Positions 15,001-30,000 are shown, numbered from the stretch's first letter. The stretch is DNA of 64,000 nucleotides from Candidatus Omnitrophota bacterium (GCA_030649895.1 JAUSEX010000037.1:3815-67814); one strand, 5' to 3'. Translations and numbers: made by a program. The notes: generated by a model not told the origin, from the sequence alone.

Positions 15001-18000
15001 AACAGATAATAGATACAAAAGATGCAGAATATAATCCTAATCCTATGAATAAGGCAATTGAAACTACCACGTTAAAAGAATTTATACTTTTAAAATTCAT
15101 ACAGCTGAATCCGTCACAGACAAACAATCATTCAATAGGGCAATTCTCAGCTATATGGCCATTTGCTCTATATGTAGTAAGAGAAGCTAAAAATGCGCTA
15201 GATAACGAAAGGAGCCCGGAGGAAATACTTTCTATAATCACTGCTTATAAGGATGTATTTATACCTCTTGTATCGCAAGAGGTGCTTAAAAAATATAAAA
15301 AGCAGATTACTGAACGTGACCCATGGGAAGAAATTGAAGGCGCTGAAAAAATTTTATTGGATGTGTTCTCTGATCTGGACTTCTATGATTTATTTGAGCG
15401 TTTATCTAAAAAAGAAACAAATCTTTTAGATCGCTTATCTGTAAATGGAACAAGTTTTGCTTTAGTTGAAGATTTAAGAAATGCCATAACAAACGGGAGA
15501 ATTAGTCAAGACGATTTGGCTAAGGAGCTTAAAAAGCTCACTTTAGATTTATCAATGGAGGATGCTCCTGAAGCAGTGCAGGCAGACGAAGCTACTGAGA
15601 AAGGTTTAATTTTTGGTTGGTTTAAATTAGGATTAGTTCATTTATATGTCAGCAGGATATTTAAGCCATTATTCAGTTCAAAATTCTGGGGTATTGATAG
15701 CCGAGCGAAAAAGATCGGTTTTACAGTAATGCTTTTTGGCTTAACAGGCCTTGGTATAGTTATAATGCCTCATTTTCTAGCTCTCGGGGCGGTATTAATA
15801 TCTTTTGGGGTTATGCTCTCTCCTATTATATGGGGCAAGTCATCAAGCCCGAAAGAGAAAATCTTCTGGGCATCAATATTTGGCGCAACTTCAATATACA
15901 CCTTTGGCATAATGACGCACTTTTTATTCTGGAAGCTTAGCCTGGTGGCCCTTACTTTTGGCACTGTGGCTACTGGAGGATTGCTTGTCTTGGTATTTAT
16001 ACCAACTCTTATTTCCTTCTATCATCTTGCTGTTAGCTTAAGGAGCTATATAGGGTTACATAAGGAACTTTGGAGCGGCACTGCAAGGTCTTTGACAGGG
16101 TGGCGGTCAATAGCGCCTTGGCCCACAAGATGGAATAGTTTATTCAAGAAATGGTACGTGGAATTCAAGGATGTTGAAAGAGATCATATGGCGCTTACCT
16201 CTAATGGCGAGTCAATAACAGAGTATTTGGAGCGGCTCGTAAATCTTCTACATGAAAGATATCTATTCTCGGATGACGAGAAGAGCGACTGGATCAAAGC
16301 ATTGAATAGTGAAGGAAAAGAAGGAAAGTTCAGAAAACCTCGCTCACCCAAAGCATTTGAGATCCTTTATAATGCGTTCTTTGCTATAAGCCAGAAAAAG
16401 CCTGCTCCTGATGTTTATTCCTTGCTGCAGCCTACTTCTACGCATGTCCAGGCAGCAGGAGAATTATTTACACATACGTTTGAAAATAGCGCTTTATTGG
16501 GAACTTTCGACGATCACCCGCTGTTAGATGAATTAATATACAGCTTGAAACAAAGAATTGGACTTAACGACGAAGATTCGGTAAAAAATAAAAAATGGGG
16601 TGATATTAATAGTTTAGGAAAAATGCTTAGTATTGAAAAGTTAGAGAGAAGGCTAGCTGACTGCGAAAACTTGAATGAAGAAGAAAAGCAAATTATCAGA
16701 GAGCGTATTCTAGACTTTTCAGAAAAGCATAATTGGACAAGTATGAAGCGTTCGCTTTTGGGTTACATGGCAAGAACCCAAAAGCCAGAGTGGGAAAATC
16801 TAATGGATAGGATAAAACAACAGATAATAAAAGACAAAGACAAAGAAACATTTCTTGAGGAATTAAGAGGGATAACGGAAAAATACGATATATATACTTT
16901 ATTGTTCGTAACAAACTATGGATTAACGCAGGAAGAAAGGCAATTTATTATAGAGTCTATGATGAAATGGCTCAATGAACTGCGTCCTACTGATGCGGCT
17001 GTTATTGAATCTATGGCATTGGATTATGTGGAATATCATTTATCAATATCTTATCAGTCAGGCGATTTAGAATACCATGGAGCAGCAAGAGAAATCTCTA
17101 TGAAATACCCGTCTCTTAAAGAGGCCTATGAAGTAATAAGTTCTAAAGCTGAAGGAGATAGAGACAATACAGAAAAAATCTTTTTTAGCGGATACAAAAA
17201 GTATAAATTTCTTGTCAGTATCAAGCTTAGACAGCTATTCCAGGACCAGACTGTATGGGCAGCTGATGCTGATTTGGCAAAGAATAGAATACCGCCTGTA
17301 GATAAGTTTGTAAAAAGTTTAAAAAATATACAAAAGGATACTGCGACTTCTGATATTATTAGAGAACTTTTAAGTGGCGGAGATATGAACCCTCTTCTAA
17401 AGTATAACATTACTGATTTAGATGATTGGGCAGAGAAATTTATCAGCTGGAGAAGAGCAAACTACGATAATATTGTCGCTCTGATTAATGCTTATTCTGC
17501 GCTTGCAGATGATTGGAATAAGATTTCTTCTCAATTAGCAACTATGGTTCATCAGAGTAGCAGTTCCGGCGTAAAATACGCTTTTTATAAACAAGAAGAT
17601 AATTTTATTCCCAAACTTAAGAATCCAGGCATAGGGAATGAGCTGTGGTTATATTATGGGAAATCAGTGAACTTTGATGCTCATGTAAGGAATTATCCGG
17701 GCCAGAATGTCTGGAGGTTTAACTGGGCGGCTCTGCAGGGAAGAAATCCCAATATAGCAGTAGTTAATACAATGATGAAGATATGGGCGAGCAGCAACAG
17801 CGCCTTTCCTGCAACTAATATCTATTCCATAGCACAGGAGGTCTTTACCTCGGATGTCCAGAGGGCAAGAAGAGGCATGCTGACTTTTTATGGCAAGGCC
17901 TGTGTGGTGCCGCAGGCAGTCAGCGTAGTTACTCCTCCTGGAGAAGATTCTGCGGCATTTCTTTTGCTTCAGAGGACAAATCCTTCATATACATCTACCC

Positions 18001-21000
18001 AGATAGACTGGTTTGGCTTTGAATGGGGAAGGATGTCATTCGCAGGCTCTATCATAGGGACAGAGATGAGGTATGCTTATAATGTTACGAGATTTTTGAT
18101 GGATAGGGGCCAGTTTGAATTGTTTTATAATAAAGATTTAGGATTCGACAAAAAATTATCTCATTTATTCCTATGGGCTCACTATTTTGTAGTGCCTTTC
18201 TCCCTAGGATTACTAGTGCTTCTTCCTATTCTTGCGCCATTTAGCGCATTTGCTTTTTTGACGCCTGTTATCTTTTTCGTAGCCGCGAGCTTTCTCCTTA
18301 TGGAAGCAATAAACACTAATAATTTTGTAAGGCACTGGAGGCAGACAGGCAATCTATGGGTTGCTGCTGTTTATACTATAAAAGATATTGTCCGAGCTTT
18401 TCCATTATATGTCGTGCTGTTGCCTTTCTTCTTGAGAGGGGTATGGTCTGCTTCCAAAGAGATATTTTCTTTTATAAGGACACAAAAGGAAGCGCGCCTT
18501 GCAATGGAAAATAAAAAAGATTGGTATAGCGATAAAATGCTATTTAAACTCTGGAATAAAAGCGGATTTCCTTTCAGCGGCGTTGTGGGCATATGGGGGC
18601 TTATCTCTTGGGTGGCAGCATTATTTACCATGACCCCCTGGGGGCCTATTATTTTACTGCCTTATCTCATGGCGTCTATTGCTTTCTTAACAGGCATGTA
18701 TGTATTTACAACGTCTGCTGATAGTAAAGGGAATTTAAAAGGCATGAGCTTGTCGGCTTTATTCCGGATGCTGCCCTATTCAATCGGAAAGACTATTTAT
18801 TATCTCTGGTTATTTGGTAAAGATAGGATAGGAAAATTTAGAAATAAGCCGTCTGCGCCAGCTGCGCCAACAGGTACCATAGGCAGTGAAGGTTCGGAAA
18901 AATATATACCAGGTATCAGGACCAGCAAACTAAGCGAAGACGCCAGAGTTTTAGTGCAGGCGAAGATTGGCGAAATAGAATCAAGGGTCAAAAATGCTTC
19001 TAACTTGAATATTGACGAGAGAAGTAAAATTAGCGACGCTATTTTAAAACTCAGGGAATATTTTGCCAGAGGCGATATTGTATCTTTCACTGCATTCGTT
19101 AATGGCCCTGAAGATTATTTACTTGCCTTTGCTACCTCTGCCCAGATTGTAATTATGAGCGATTTCTTTAATCGTCCGGAACTTCATACATATCTCGACG
19201 AAGTTCTTTTCCATGAAGCTTATGTAGCAGCGCACGGAGAGAAAGACTATGAAGCCCACCGCGCGATATACTTAGGTATCCAGAGAAAGATATTCGGCGA
19301 AGAAAACCCATTAAAAGGAATATTAAGAGAGATAATAAATAGCAAAAATCAAGCCAACGAATCAAGCGCTGCTGTGGGTTTAGCAGGGAAGAAAGGTTCA
19401 GCTGCAAGATCTTTCAGAGCTTTGCTTGACAGGTTATTTGGCAGAGAAGAGCGGTTAGGCCGCTTGAAGGTGTTAAGAGAGGTAGCATCTGAGCTTAACG
19501 ATGAAACTATAGCAGAGATGGTATATACGTTTGCAACAGATTTTCTGGGAGACGAAAGTAAGGTCCTGATAGGCGATACGCCAGGGGATCCGGTCATGCA
19601 GGTTAAAATTATTCTCGGAGCAAACGGAGAGATAGAGAAAAAGACACTTCAGGTTCATAAGATGTTCCTGGATAGGGTTATAAGCAAGGAAGGGACGCCT
19701 GAATATGATACCTATAAGAAGATACTTAAGTTTCTGTTGATTAAAGAAGGCGAACATTACAAAACTTCTTCCAGTTATGACCTTATTAAGATCGCGCATC
19801 TTAAGAGACAATACGAGCAAAATCCAAAAGATATAGAAGCTGCAAAGAGACTGGCTGCAATACAGATGTATTACGAAGCGGATAAATACGGGATGCTTTA
19901 TGACAATCTTCTTAGCCAGGGCATCACCGCTGAAGGCCTCAAGGAAATAGCCAATCAAGAGAATGACGAGTTCCTGAGAGATGTCCTGTCAGGCCTTGCT
20001 GGCTTAATGACGAATTACGAAAAATCCGGATACTTAGCGATAGCTAAAGACCTTGCCCAGGGCACAGGATACATTGCGGAATCAGTACGAGCAGCTCTAA
20101 CTGATGAAAGATTCAGCAATAATCTTGCGGAGTTGACTGATAAGTCTGGATTAGAAGATTATTATAGGTATGTAGAAACAGGGGTCAAGGAAATGCCTTA
20201 CAAGAAAGGACTTGTTTTTGGCTCTTCTAATCTTTTAGTCCAAACCCCTAAGAGGTTGCTTGAGGATATATATGCTCAGATAGAGGAAGGGCAGATAAAA
20301 AATGATAACTTGGAAAAACTCAAAGAAGGATATGCGGTTATTATATGCAGATTAGCTGCAACTGACGTTAAAACTTTTGATCTCCTGGAAGAAGGGCTCA
20401 ATAGGCTGCTTGACTCAGAAATGGTAAGGCGAAAAGCGGAAAAAACAGTCAACGGCTCTACTATGGTGTTTGTTAATATCGTTGATAAAAACGCGAATGA
20501 ACTTTTAAAATTTTTACTAGCTGAACTGCGCAAAGCAGCGCCTGTGTATTCCGGGAAAATAGAGAAGCTTTATCAGAATCTTGCGGCCGGAGATTTACCG
20601 CGGGATTCGCAGGGAAACTTCAGAGCCTTTACTAAAGAGGAATTAACCGAAAGGTTAAAGGCCCGGGCAGAAGAGATTAAAAAGGCTCGTCACAGCTTGA
20701 AGGGATACAGGATAGATCAGGCAGTGAGCATGCTAATAGAGTTATTGGAAGGCAGTAAACTGAGCGAACGAGAGCTAAATGAGCTTTATCCGGATATTGC
20801 TAGCGCATTATATGGGGAATACGAAAAACTGCAGGGCGCTTTTATGTTATACCCACAGGTGGTAAAGGCTATTACGGAAAGATTTCCTGGAGCGCATAAG
20901 GTATTTATTGCCAGAGATGCCGGGGTATTTTACGAAGCCGCATATCTGTATAGTTTAATAAATGGAATAAAACTTGATTCATCTCTGGTTTATGCAGGCG

Positions 21001-24000
21001 GTGTTGACGTAGCAGGGATGGGGAATCTCTCTCACAGTATATATATCCTGCGCCAGCTAGTCGAGACAGCAAAAACGCGAGGGTATCCAGAAGAAGAAGT
21101 GGAGAAAATAGTGAAAAAAGCGATAGAAAATCGTTTGAATCCTGAAAGCAAGAATTTTGATAGGCTGTTCGCAGATGATACTGAAAGACTATTCCAGATA
21201 ATTAGAGAGTCCGGCATACTGGAACATGAAAACGAGGTTCTTATAGATACCTTTAGCTCAGGAGCCACCCCGTTATTTATTAAATACGCTATCGAACGCC
21301 TGAGGCAAGACAAGGTAAGCCCGAAGATATTCATACTAAAAAGTAAGTACGGATTTTTTGACAATCTAAAAAATGCGGGGTTTGACTGGGGCTTCATCAA
21401 TAAAGTTACCCAGGAATATAAAAAGACGCATCCTGTTATGCCAGGCCTTAAATTAGCCCAGCCTGAGGCGGAGTTATTTTCATATCTGCGCGCCATGATA
21501 ACTTATAACGCTATGGTAGAATACAAGAGCCGAGTTATTGCTGCTAGAGGCGGATTTATCCGCGAAGGTGATGCACGCTTTTTTTTTGGAACGAAAAAGA
21601 AAACGCTTACTCCTGCTAGCGGAACAGCTGCCAAAGGTAAGGCCTTGCTTCCTCCTCATGAGCATGGAAGCGTAAATAGAGCTATAGCGCAAGCGCGTTC
21701 AGAAAATCGCGGATATATTATACAAAGAAGCGGCACTAAACTCGCGAGGGGGTGGAAAGATGGAAAATACGCGGATAAAATTAAACTTAGAAAGGCGATT
21801 GAACTTTTAATGGTGGAGCATATTCGTGAATTAGGTAGAATAGTTTTACCAAGCGGTTTGGGCGAAATTATACTAGCTGAAGACCTCGGCGCCCTTAATA
21901 TTATTTTGATCCAGCCTCGCAATAAATCTCCAGGTTTGATGGTAGAAAGCAAGAATGCCTTCCATGTTGCGCACCCAGGGATATCCTATAATTCTATTTA
22001 TATTGATAGACTTACCTTTGACCAGCTTGATATTCGGGAACTGGCCGCCTTAATCCTTTACGAAATAATAGAATTAAAAACTAAGAATTTGTCTTTGGGG
22101 AAAAAACGAAATTGGAGACCAGAACTGGCAGAAGAAATCCATCGATTAGCCGAAGAATACGAACAAATTATCGTTGGGCCAAGTCAAACCGGGACCGGCA
22201 GCCTTCTGGATGATAAGGTCCAGCAAATTTTAGAGGATTCTTTTGTCTTTAGAATTCAAAATTTAATTGATCCTTATATGAGCGAATTAAAGCCGCTTCT
22301 TGATAAATATCATAGAATGGCTACGGAAATTAAAGAGGCTGAAGCAATAATAGCGGAAGAAGCCGAGAGAGTAAAGGCCTTGCTGAACGAATTATCCAGC
22401 CTTTCAAGAGATAGAATTAAATCACTGCATGAAGAATTGAAGAGTCTTATGGAAGCATATTCTGGAGAAAATGCTGCGAAAACAGAATCAGCCAGAAAGA
22501 TAATAGAAAAAAGAGAAATCAATAAAGTTATAGATAAGATCAATGTTTTTTCGAGGGTTCCAGAAAATCAGATTGAGTTAGCTGAAGCCGGAGATGTAGG
22601 AAGTTTAGACGAATTTTTAGAAAGAAGCGATGCCGATGAATATATAAAACGGGCTGAAGATAGCATTATTCATGGCGAGCATGTTGTAGAATTCTTCTTT
22701 GCGGGAGCAGCCACCCGCTTTATAGAAGACCTCAGGGCATCAGGCAGGACAATAGAAAAGAAAGACGAACCACAATACCGTATGTATGGACTGGATATCT
22801 GGGATTTTGCCGGCCCGGCCAGAAAAGATTCTTCAGACTTAGGTTTAGGAATGGCGCAAAGGCAGCTATTTGCGTATAGAACTTTCCTGAAAAACTTGGC
22901 CCTGAAAAAAGGATTACATCCCGATGAGGTTCTGAAGCGCCAACGCCTTATTTTGCATATAAATGAAGATGTCGAAGAGATGGTTTTGAAGGACTTTATG
23001 GATAATGTTTTCTATGGTTTTGATCCAGATAATATTTTCTTTATGGTGCAGGAAACTTTACACGGGTATTCCCTTAAAGACGGTAAAATAGTTTTTGCCG
23101 AAGATAGCCCAAAACTTCCTTTTGGACATGGTTACGCCACAGAGCAATTGAACGTACCAGGTGTCGCTTTTCACCTTAAGGTAAAAAATGGAATAATGCA
23201 CAGAGAATATCTTTCAGAAGCAGTTTTGACAGAACTGGAACTTAAAACCGCCGGTTATTATATCGATACTCATAGAGTTAATGATTTGACTAAATTTTTA
23301 GTTGATGAGGTAGTGGATGTAAGAAAACTCGCCTTTAAAATATTTCTTATTGAACAAGAAAATGACGTCATTATAGAGCTGGTAGAAAACCCTGGAAAAC
23401 AAAAAGGGGGTAATCTTATCAAGGATAAAAGAACCGGCAAATACTTTCTTATAGAGACTTCTAATACAGAAGGCTCAGACCGGTTAAAGGAATTGCTGAC
23501 CAAGGCAAGCGAAGACAGTGCGCCTTATAACGCCTTTAGAATTATGTATAGACGTAGAGGCTTAGAGGAACTGTTAAAGAAGAGATTCCCTTATAACCTG
23601 CGATTTAAAAATGGCTATTTCTACTTGGAAGCAGTTACAGGAGACATAACTCAATTGGAAGAGGCCAACGCAGCTGCCTTTAAAGAAAAAGGCGCGGTTA
23701 TCAAAGACTTCAAACGACTGGGAGATTTAGGAATTGCTATTCCTGTATTGACAAAGAGTGATAAGGACCTTGCTGATGTAGTCAACCAGACAAGACATAA
23801 ACAAAGTTTGGCTGGTAGAAAGTTAAAAGACGTAATATCGCGACTACTTAGGCAAGGCCTTCCTCATGATTTTATAGAAAGAGCTATTTTATCAATGCCG
23901 CTTGAACATACTTCATCGGATACCGTGTCTGTGGATAGGCTTGTGGCTCAGATTGTGGAATGGCGCACTTTGATGGATAATTGTCTCGCAGAAAAAGGAG

Positions 24001-27000
24001 AGATACGAGTAGCTATAAAAAATCCAAAAGATGTTTATTATAAAGATGTGCCCGAAGAAGAAATCCCCTCATCTATTGACTATACGGAACTTACGATCGT
24101 TTCTAGAGATAGGCCGGGATTGGTCAGAGATATAGAGACCGTAATTGCTGAATACGGGGGCAATTTAACACGGCCGGCATTTGGGGCGATGAATGATGAA
24201 GGAATGGCGCGGTTGATTTATGAAATTAACCATGCTGAACGAAAAAATGCTTTTAATAGTAGAGAAATAGAAGAATTACGAAAAGCACTTTTAAAAATAA
24301 AGGTCGGCTTGGCGCCTCTTTCTATTAAACCAGAGTATGGATTCGAGGGTTGGAGAAAGGTCGAAGGGGATGCGGATGCTTATGAAGGAAAATTAGTTAT
24401 TGATGGCAATGTCATGGATCTGAAAGTTGTAAAATCTGCAAGTTCTTTCGAATATTTTCTGGGGTATGAAGGGGGGCCTGCGGGGTATGCTAGGATTTTA
24501 TTTAACAACAAAAAGCTTAAAGTCCATTATTTAGAACTTTCCCCTTCGTTTAGAAAGGCGATTGGCGATATTTCAGCAGCCAAAGTATTAATGAATATTA
24601 TGATCAGAGATTTATTCTTTATCGGAAGCCAGGATTTATCAGGGCTAATAGTCCAGGTAGTCATGAATGAAGATTCATCTACGCCTAAAGTAAATAATCT
24701 AATCGGAGGATTCGGGATAACCGAGTTTAACAGAGAAAAAGTAATGTCTATAATAATGGATGAAAAATCTAAAATTAGTATCGAAGAGACTAAGGCTCCT
24801 CATGAAGGCGTGCCGTATTTCAGGGTAGTATTGGAAGGAAAGCTGCCGCTAAAGATTTTTCTTAAAGCACGTTTAGAATATTCGTACAAAGACAAAAGGA
24901 CTTGGATTATTAGCAGGAAGATTTACGAACAAATGGAATCAGATGCAAGGTATAAACTAGGACAGGCTCCTCTGCAAGTCAAAGAACAGGCCCGGCTTAA
25001 AGGAGAATTAGCAAGAAGGCTCCAAGAAGACGAGGTTTTTGTCGGAGGAGTTGATTTTTATATGGATCCTGACAAAGTAGAGTGGCTTGAAGAGCATACT
25101 GCATCGTTGCCAGAGAATCCTTGGTTAGTAATTGATGACCTTGGTTCTGCTCATGCTCCAAGAGAGCAAAATGCGCCATCTCTTTTAGCCAATCTTTTCA
25201 CCGGAAAATGGAGTAAGTTTAATTGGGCGACAAGGGCTGTTTTTTCACTTGCTATAGTGCCGCATGAGGTTGGACATCTTTTTATGGCAAAAATAACCAA
25301 AACCCCTTTATTAAGAAAACTCTATATAGAAGATTTATCCAGTAAGATGCCTATAGCCGAAAGAGCCTCTCCAATAGTTCATTTAGCAGGATTGTTTGTA
25401 AATGCCTCTGTCGCTATTGCTTCAGCCTTTACTTTGCATTTCTTTGGCCACGCAGTTATAGATTTTACAAATCCTTTAGCTGGAATCCTCTCTTACGTCT
25501 TTCTTGCCAATAGCATTCTTTTTGCCTTAGAAATAATATTAGATGCTACCACTAAGCTTAGAGGAGATGTAACTAACGCAATTTTTGGACGCTCAGGATT
25601 TGCTAGTCAAATTAATGTACAGAGAGCTAAAAATATATTTTTCACATTCAAGGAATATATGAACGAGGCCTTGTATAACCCGGATTGGGGGTATTATGCA
25701 AGCGGCCGCGTAAAAATAGGGACTGTCAGAAAGGGGAGCGATTTTATTACTTACCCTTTGAAGCTATCTCCGCTATTTGGCGGAATGATTGCTGAACAGG
25801 CATTTAAGATGTGGGAGGGGATGGTCAGGGCAGGCACAATTACAGAAAATGAACAGTTTACTATTTTAGAGTTTGGCGGCGGAGACGGAACGCTGGCTTA
25901 TGATATTCTTTCACGCGCAAGCCAGAAGGCCCTGGATAATCCTGACTGGGCAAAGTTTTACAGAGCCCTACTTTATACTATAGGTGACCGCTCGCCTCCC
26001 TTGATTGAAATCCAAAAAAAGAAAAATGCGCGGTTTAATGGTAAATTTAATACGGTTTTAGTTGATGCGCTGAATCCTCTCGAGGGAGGCGTTTTCAAGC
26101 CCTCCTCTATAAAAGGCCTGATTCTTTCCAATGAATTGCTGGACGTTTCCGGCCACCAGAAACTTATCGTTTATCCGGACGGAGATATCAAGGTAACGCT
26201 ATCTATCCCAAAAATATCTTTAGCCTTGCTAGGCAATTTACCTAAAGACAAACAGAATGAGTTAGTTAAAAGAAATGAAGAGTTAATCTCGGAATTTAAG
26301 CTCCCTTTAACCGACGGGATATATCTTTCCAGGGATGATTTCTTGGCCCTGAAGGCTTATCTTAGGGATCTGGGCCCTGAGCAGGAGAATCTGTTTAATC
26401 AGGAAATAAGATTTATAGAAATTTATATTGACCCTATATATGTTCCGGAGGTCCTTAGCTATATTCAGGAGAATAAAGAAAGCATAGATGGATTTGTAGC
26501 TGATAATGAAAAGCCATTCGCTGTTTATATTAATCCTGATGGGGCGGGATACATCCAGGGCGCCGGAGAGATCCTGGATAAAGGCTACATCCTGACCATA
26601 GATTATGGCGGGTTATCGGATTATATTCTTGACCCTCAATATGAGCACCTTCTTATAATAAAAAATGGCTCAAGGGACGCTGATCCCTATAGCCTTCCTG
26701 GCCAACGAGATATCTCCGCTGAACAAAATTTTACTGATCTGGCAGCCGCTGGCCAAAAGATAGGGCTCAATACAGTATTTTACGGTAACCAGGCCCATCT
26801 TGAAGAAGGCGTGACTCCTTTAACGAGCCAATCTCTTTTGGAGGAGCTGGCAAAAAGGTTTCAGGGCCAGGAGCCTGGCTTATCTTCAGAGGAGGCTATG
26901 AAAAAAGCCAGGAGAGAAGTTGATGAATTCAGGCTTAGCGGAATCATTAATGATCCAGGTAGGAGCCCGTATAAGATGCTCATTCAACAGAAACCAGGGA

Positions 27001-30000
27001 CTGATAGCAAATATGTGTTTCCCGCTAGCTTGCTTCAATATACCGGGGAGAATAAAAGTAATGCTGGTCAGTCAATGCTCAAAATATTAGCTCCTTTTAT
27101 CGCAATAGTATTTATTGCCTGGTTCTTTATCAGCATTGTATTAGCGGCGCATACTGCGAATGCAGCTGGCTCTGGCAGCGCGGGGGCGCAGAACCGTGTT
27201 ATCCATCAACAGGAGGATGCGCGGATGATCCAGACTCCCGAGGTTGACATTCGTCCTGACGGTTTCTATGTTGAGAATAGAAGGATATTTATTGGGGCGG
27301 GAGTAAATTTCAGGATTTTGGATTATGACAACAATTTTGGGGCATATAGGCGGGTAACTGATTATCCTGAACAAGTAAAGGCTGAGCTGGCTGCTATACG
27401 CAGTATATCTCAGAGAGGGACTGTTGTTATCCGCGTGGGGTTATTGGATTCAGGGGTTAATTACTTTAAAGGCGAAGGTAATTATGCAAATATTCGGGAT
27501 GATGTGATTGCTTTCCTGCAATGGGCAAAGGATAACAATGTTATGGTAGAGTTTGTTCTAGCTGATTACCTGTTGGCTGCTCGTCATTCTGATGCCTTGA
27601 CCCATGATATTACCAGACAGGATATCACCCAAAGATTCTTAGGGGATTTGGTAAGGGATATCAAAGCTGATCCTAAGGCATTTTTAAGCCTCTGGGGATT
27701 TGATTTATACAATGAACCGGAATGGTCTGTCAGCCAAAGCTTTGGCGGTGGATGGGAGTATGTTACAGGAGAAAGGCCTGAACAGCCGATACCAATTGTG
27801 GATATGAACGCCTATTTTAATGAGGCTTACGAAACTATAAAGTCTATTGCTCCTGAAAAGTTCGTCACTATCGGCGTTTCAGCAAAGCATTTTAGCGTCA
27901 TAGGCGCAATAAAGGATAGGTTAGATTATTTTGCCCTGCATTACTATGCTTGGATGGGGCCTTTAGAAAGCTATGTCAGTCAGCTCCCGGAGAATAAACC
28001 TTGGCTATTAGAGGAATATCCCAGCAGAGACGAAGGTATGAATATCGAACCCGCTGTTTACTTGGATAATCTCTTAAATCTATGGAATACAGGTAAGCCT
28101 GCTTCAGGCGGATTAATCTGGATGTGGAGGCCAATCATAGGGCAGGCGGATGAAAATACCTCTGATGAAATGGTCGCTAAGCTTAGAGATTGGACTGCGC
28201 AACATCAAAATGAATTGGAAGGTAAATTTGGCCTGTTTCTTCCTCTAGTGTTCGGTTTTGCTTTAAAGCGTAAAGGAAACTTCTCGGAAACAGGAGAAGA
28301 TTCCTCGGAATTAGTTGATTGGAAAGCAGAATGCGATAGCCTTCCTATTCAGGCATATGATTCGGATTATTTTGTCGCTGCCAAGATATGGTCTTATAAA
28401 GGACTCAAGGTATTTTTTATTCCAGACCACAAATTCGAACACACCTTATTAAACCTGATGCGAAAGGCCTTAGGTTTTAAGTTTAGAGAGATACTTTCAG
28501 ATGCGCACGATGACGCAAGCTATCCGACTGAATATAAACCTTTGGATCCCGGAGAAGCCAGCGAGGGAGAAATTATTGATCGTTCCAATGCCTTAACTTC
28601 TGCGAATTGGCGTATGGCTCTTATAAAAGACGGGACCATCGCGGATTCTTATGACTTGTCGGTAATTAAGGCAGATGAGGGCGAAGGCCGGATACTTAAA
28701 CTGCGTTTAGCGCAATTTCCGGCAGTTACGCCTTCGAAAACAGATGAGACTATTTTAATTATTGAGAATGATTCTTTTGGTATATTTGACAGTAAAGAAC
28801 TTGAAAGAGCAATTAGTGAGTATGTCGACGCGCTTTTTAAACTTAATATTGAATTTGACGATGTTATTTTTGTAGACGCAGGAGATAAACTGTCTAACTG
28901 GATGATCGGCCCGCCAAGCACGCGTTATTATAGAGAACATATCTTGCGATTTTTATTGGCTAAACTTGCTGAGAAATACGAAGGCGGCGTAGATTATTCT
29001 ACGCAAAGAAGAAATGATCCCGCAAAAGAGATTAAAGGCGCAGAGGGAGATAGAATGGCAAATGGGGGTGTTCCCCGATCTGAGATGCAATCCGAGGCAT
29101 CAAAAGAAGAGCGGCAGCGTGATATCGATACGCAATTTATAGGCTTATTATACAGGGCTGCGTTTAATAGGCTGCCTGACATAAGGCATGATTTCGCTAG
29201 CGTGGTACGGGAAATGATAAGGGCAATGGCGGCTTACCGCGAATACTATCTTCTTTCTTCCACTCCCGTCAGAAGCCCGGATTCTATTACGCTGAAACTG
29301 CTCAAGGAAAGTATCGGCCAGGATGGAAAATTCCTTAATGTTAATTCTCATGCAGTTATGCAGCTGCGCATGGTAAGAGAGGTTTTTTCAGCAGATGCAA
29401 TGGTAGCAGCAATTGGTTATGATGACAAGAATGCCGAACTTCCGGTTATCGATCGCGTGTTATCATTAAAAACCGATGACTTGATTCGATATATTGAGAA
29501 GAATAAAAATAATATTGGTAAATCAAGGTTCAAAATATTACCTCTAGCGATACTATTTGGCGGATTTGCAGAAATGTTTTGGGGTTTTCCCTCTATTGCT
29601 CAGTCAGCGGGCTTAGAGGAGGCAGTAAATCAGAGAGCGTTCTTTCAGTCATTATTTTCCGAAACAACCTTGATAACCTTGGGGGCAATACTATTTACAT
29701 CTGTATCAATTGTAGGAGTAACTTTATCTTTATATAGGGTTTTTAAGCATAACTCCAAAAATGTAAGAGAACCTTCTCCTGCTCCTGACAAAGATCTAGC
29801 AAATGCTTCTGTTTGGGCTTTAGAAAGGATTTTGCATATTATAGATGAATTAAGCCGTGCAGGGGAAGAAGGAATCAGGCAGCTATTAGAGGAGATGAAA
29901 AAGAATTCTGAGAGCGTAGGCGTTGGAACAAGCCATGTAGAAGTTGCTGAAGAAGCTGATAGATCAAAAAATCAAGGACTAGGCGTTACGTTATACTCTG

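Noticed and set aside
19170-19270. HEAYVAAH in the giant protein as a zinc-binding motif
   Set aside because: Spacing is H-E-x5-H, not HExxH or HxxEH, with no supporting third ligand. Treated as chance.
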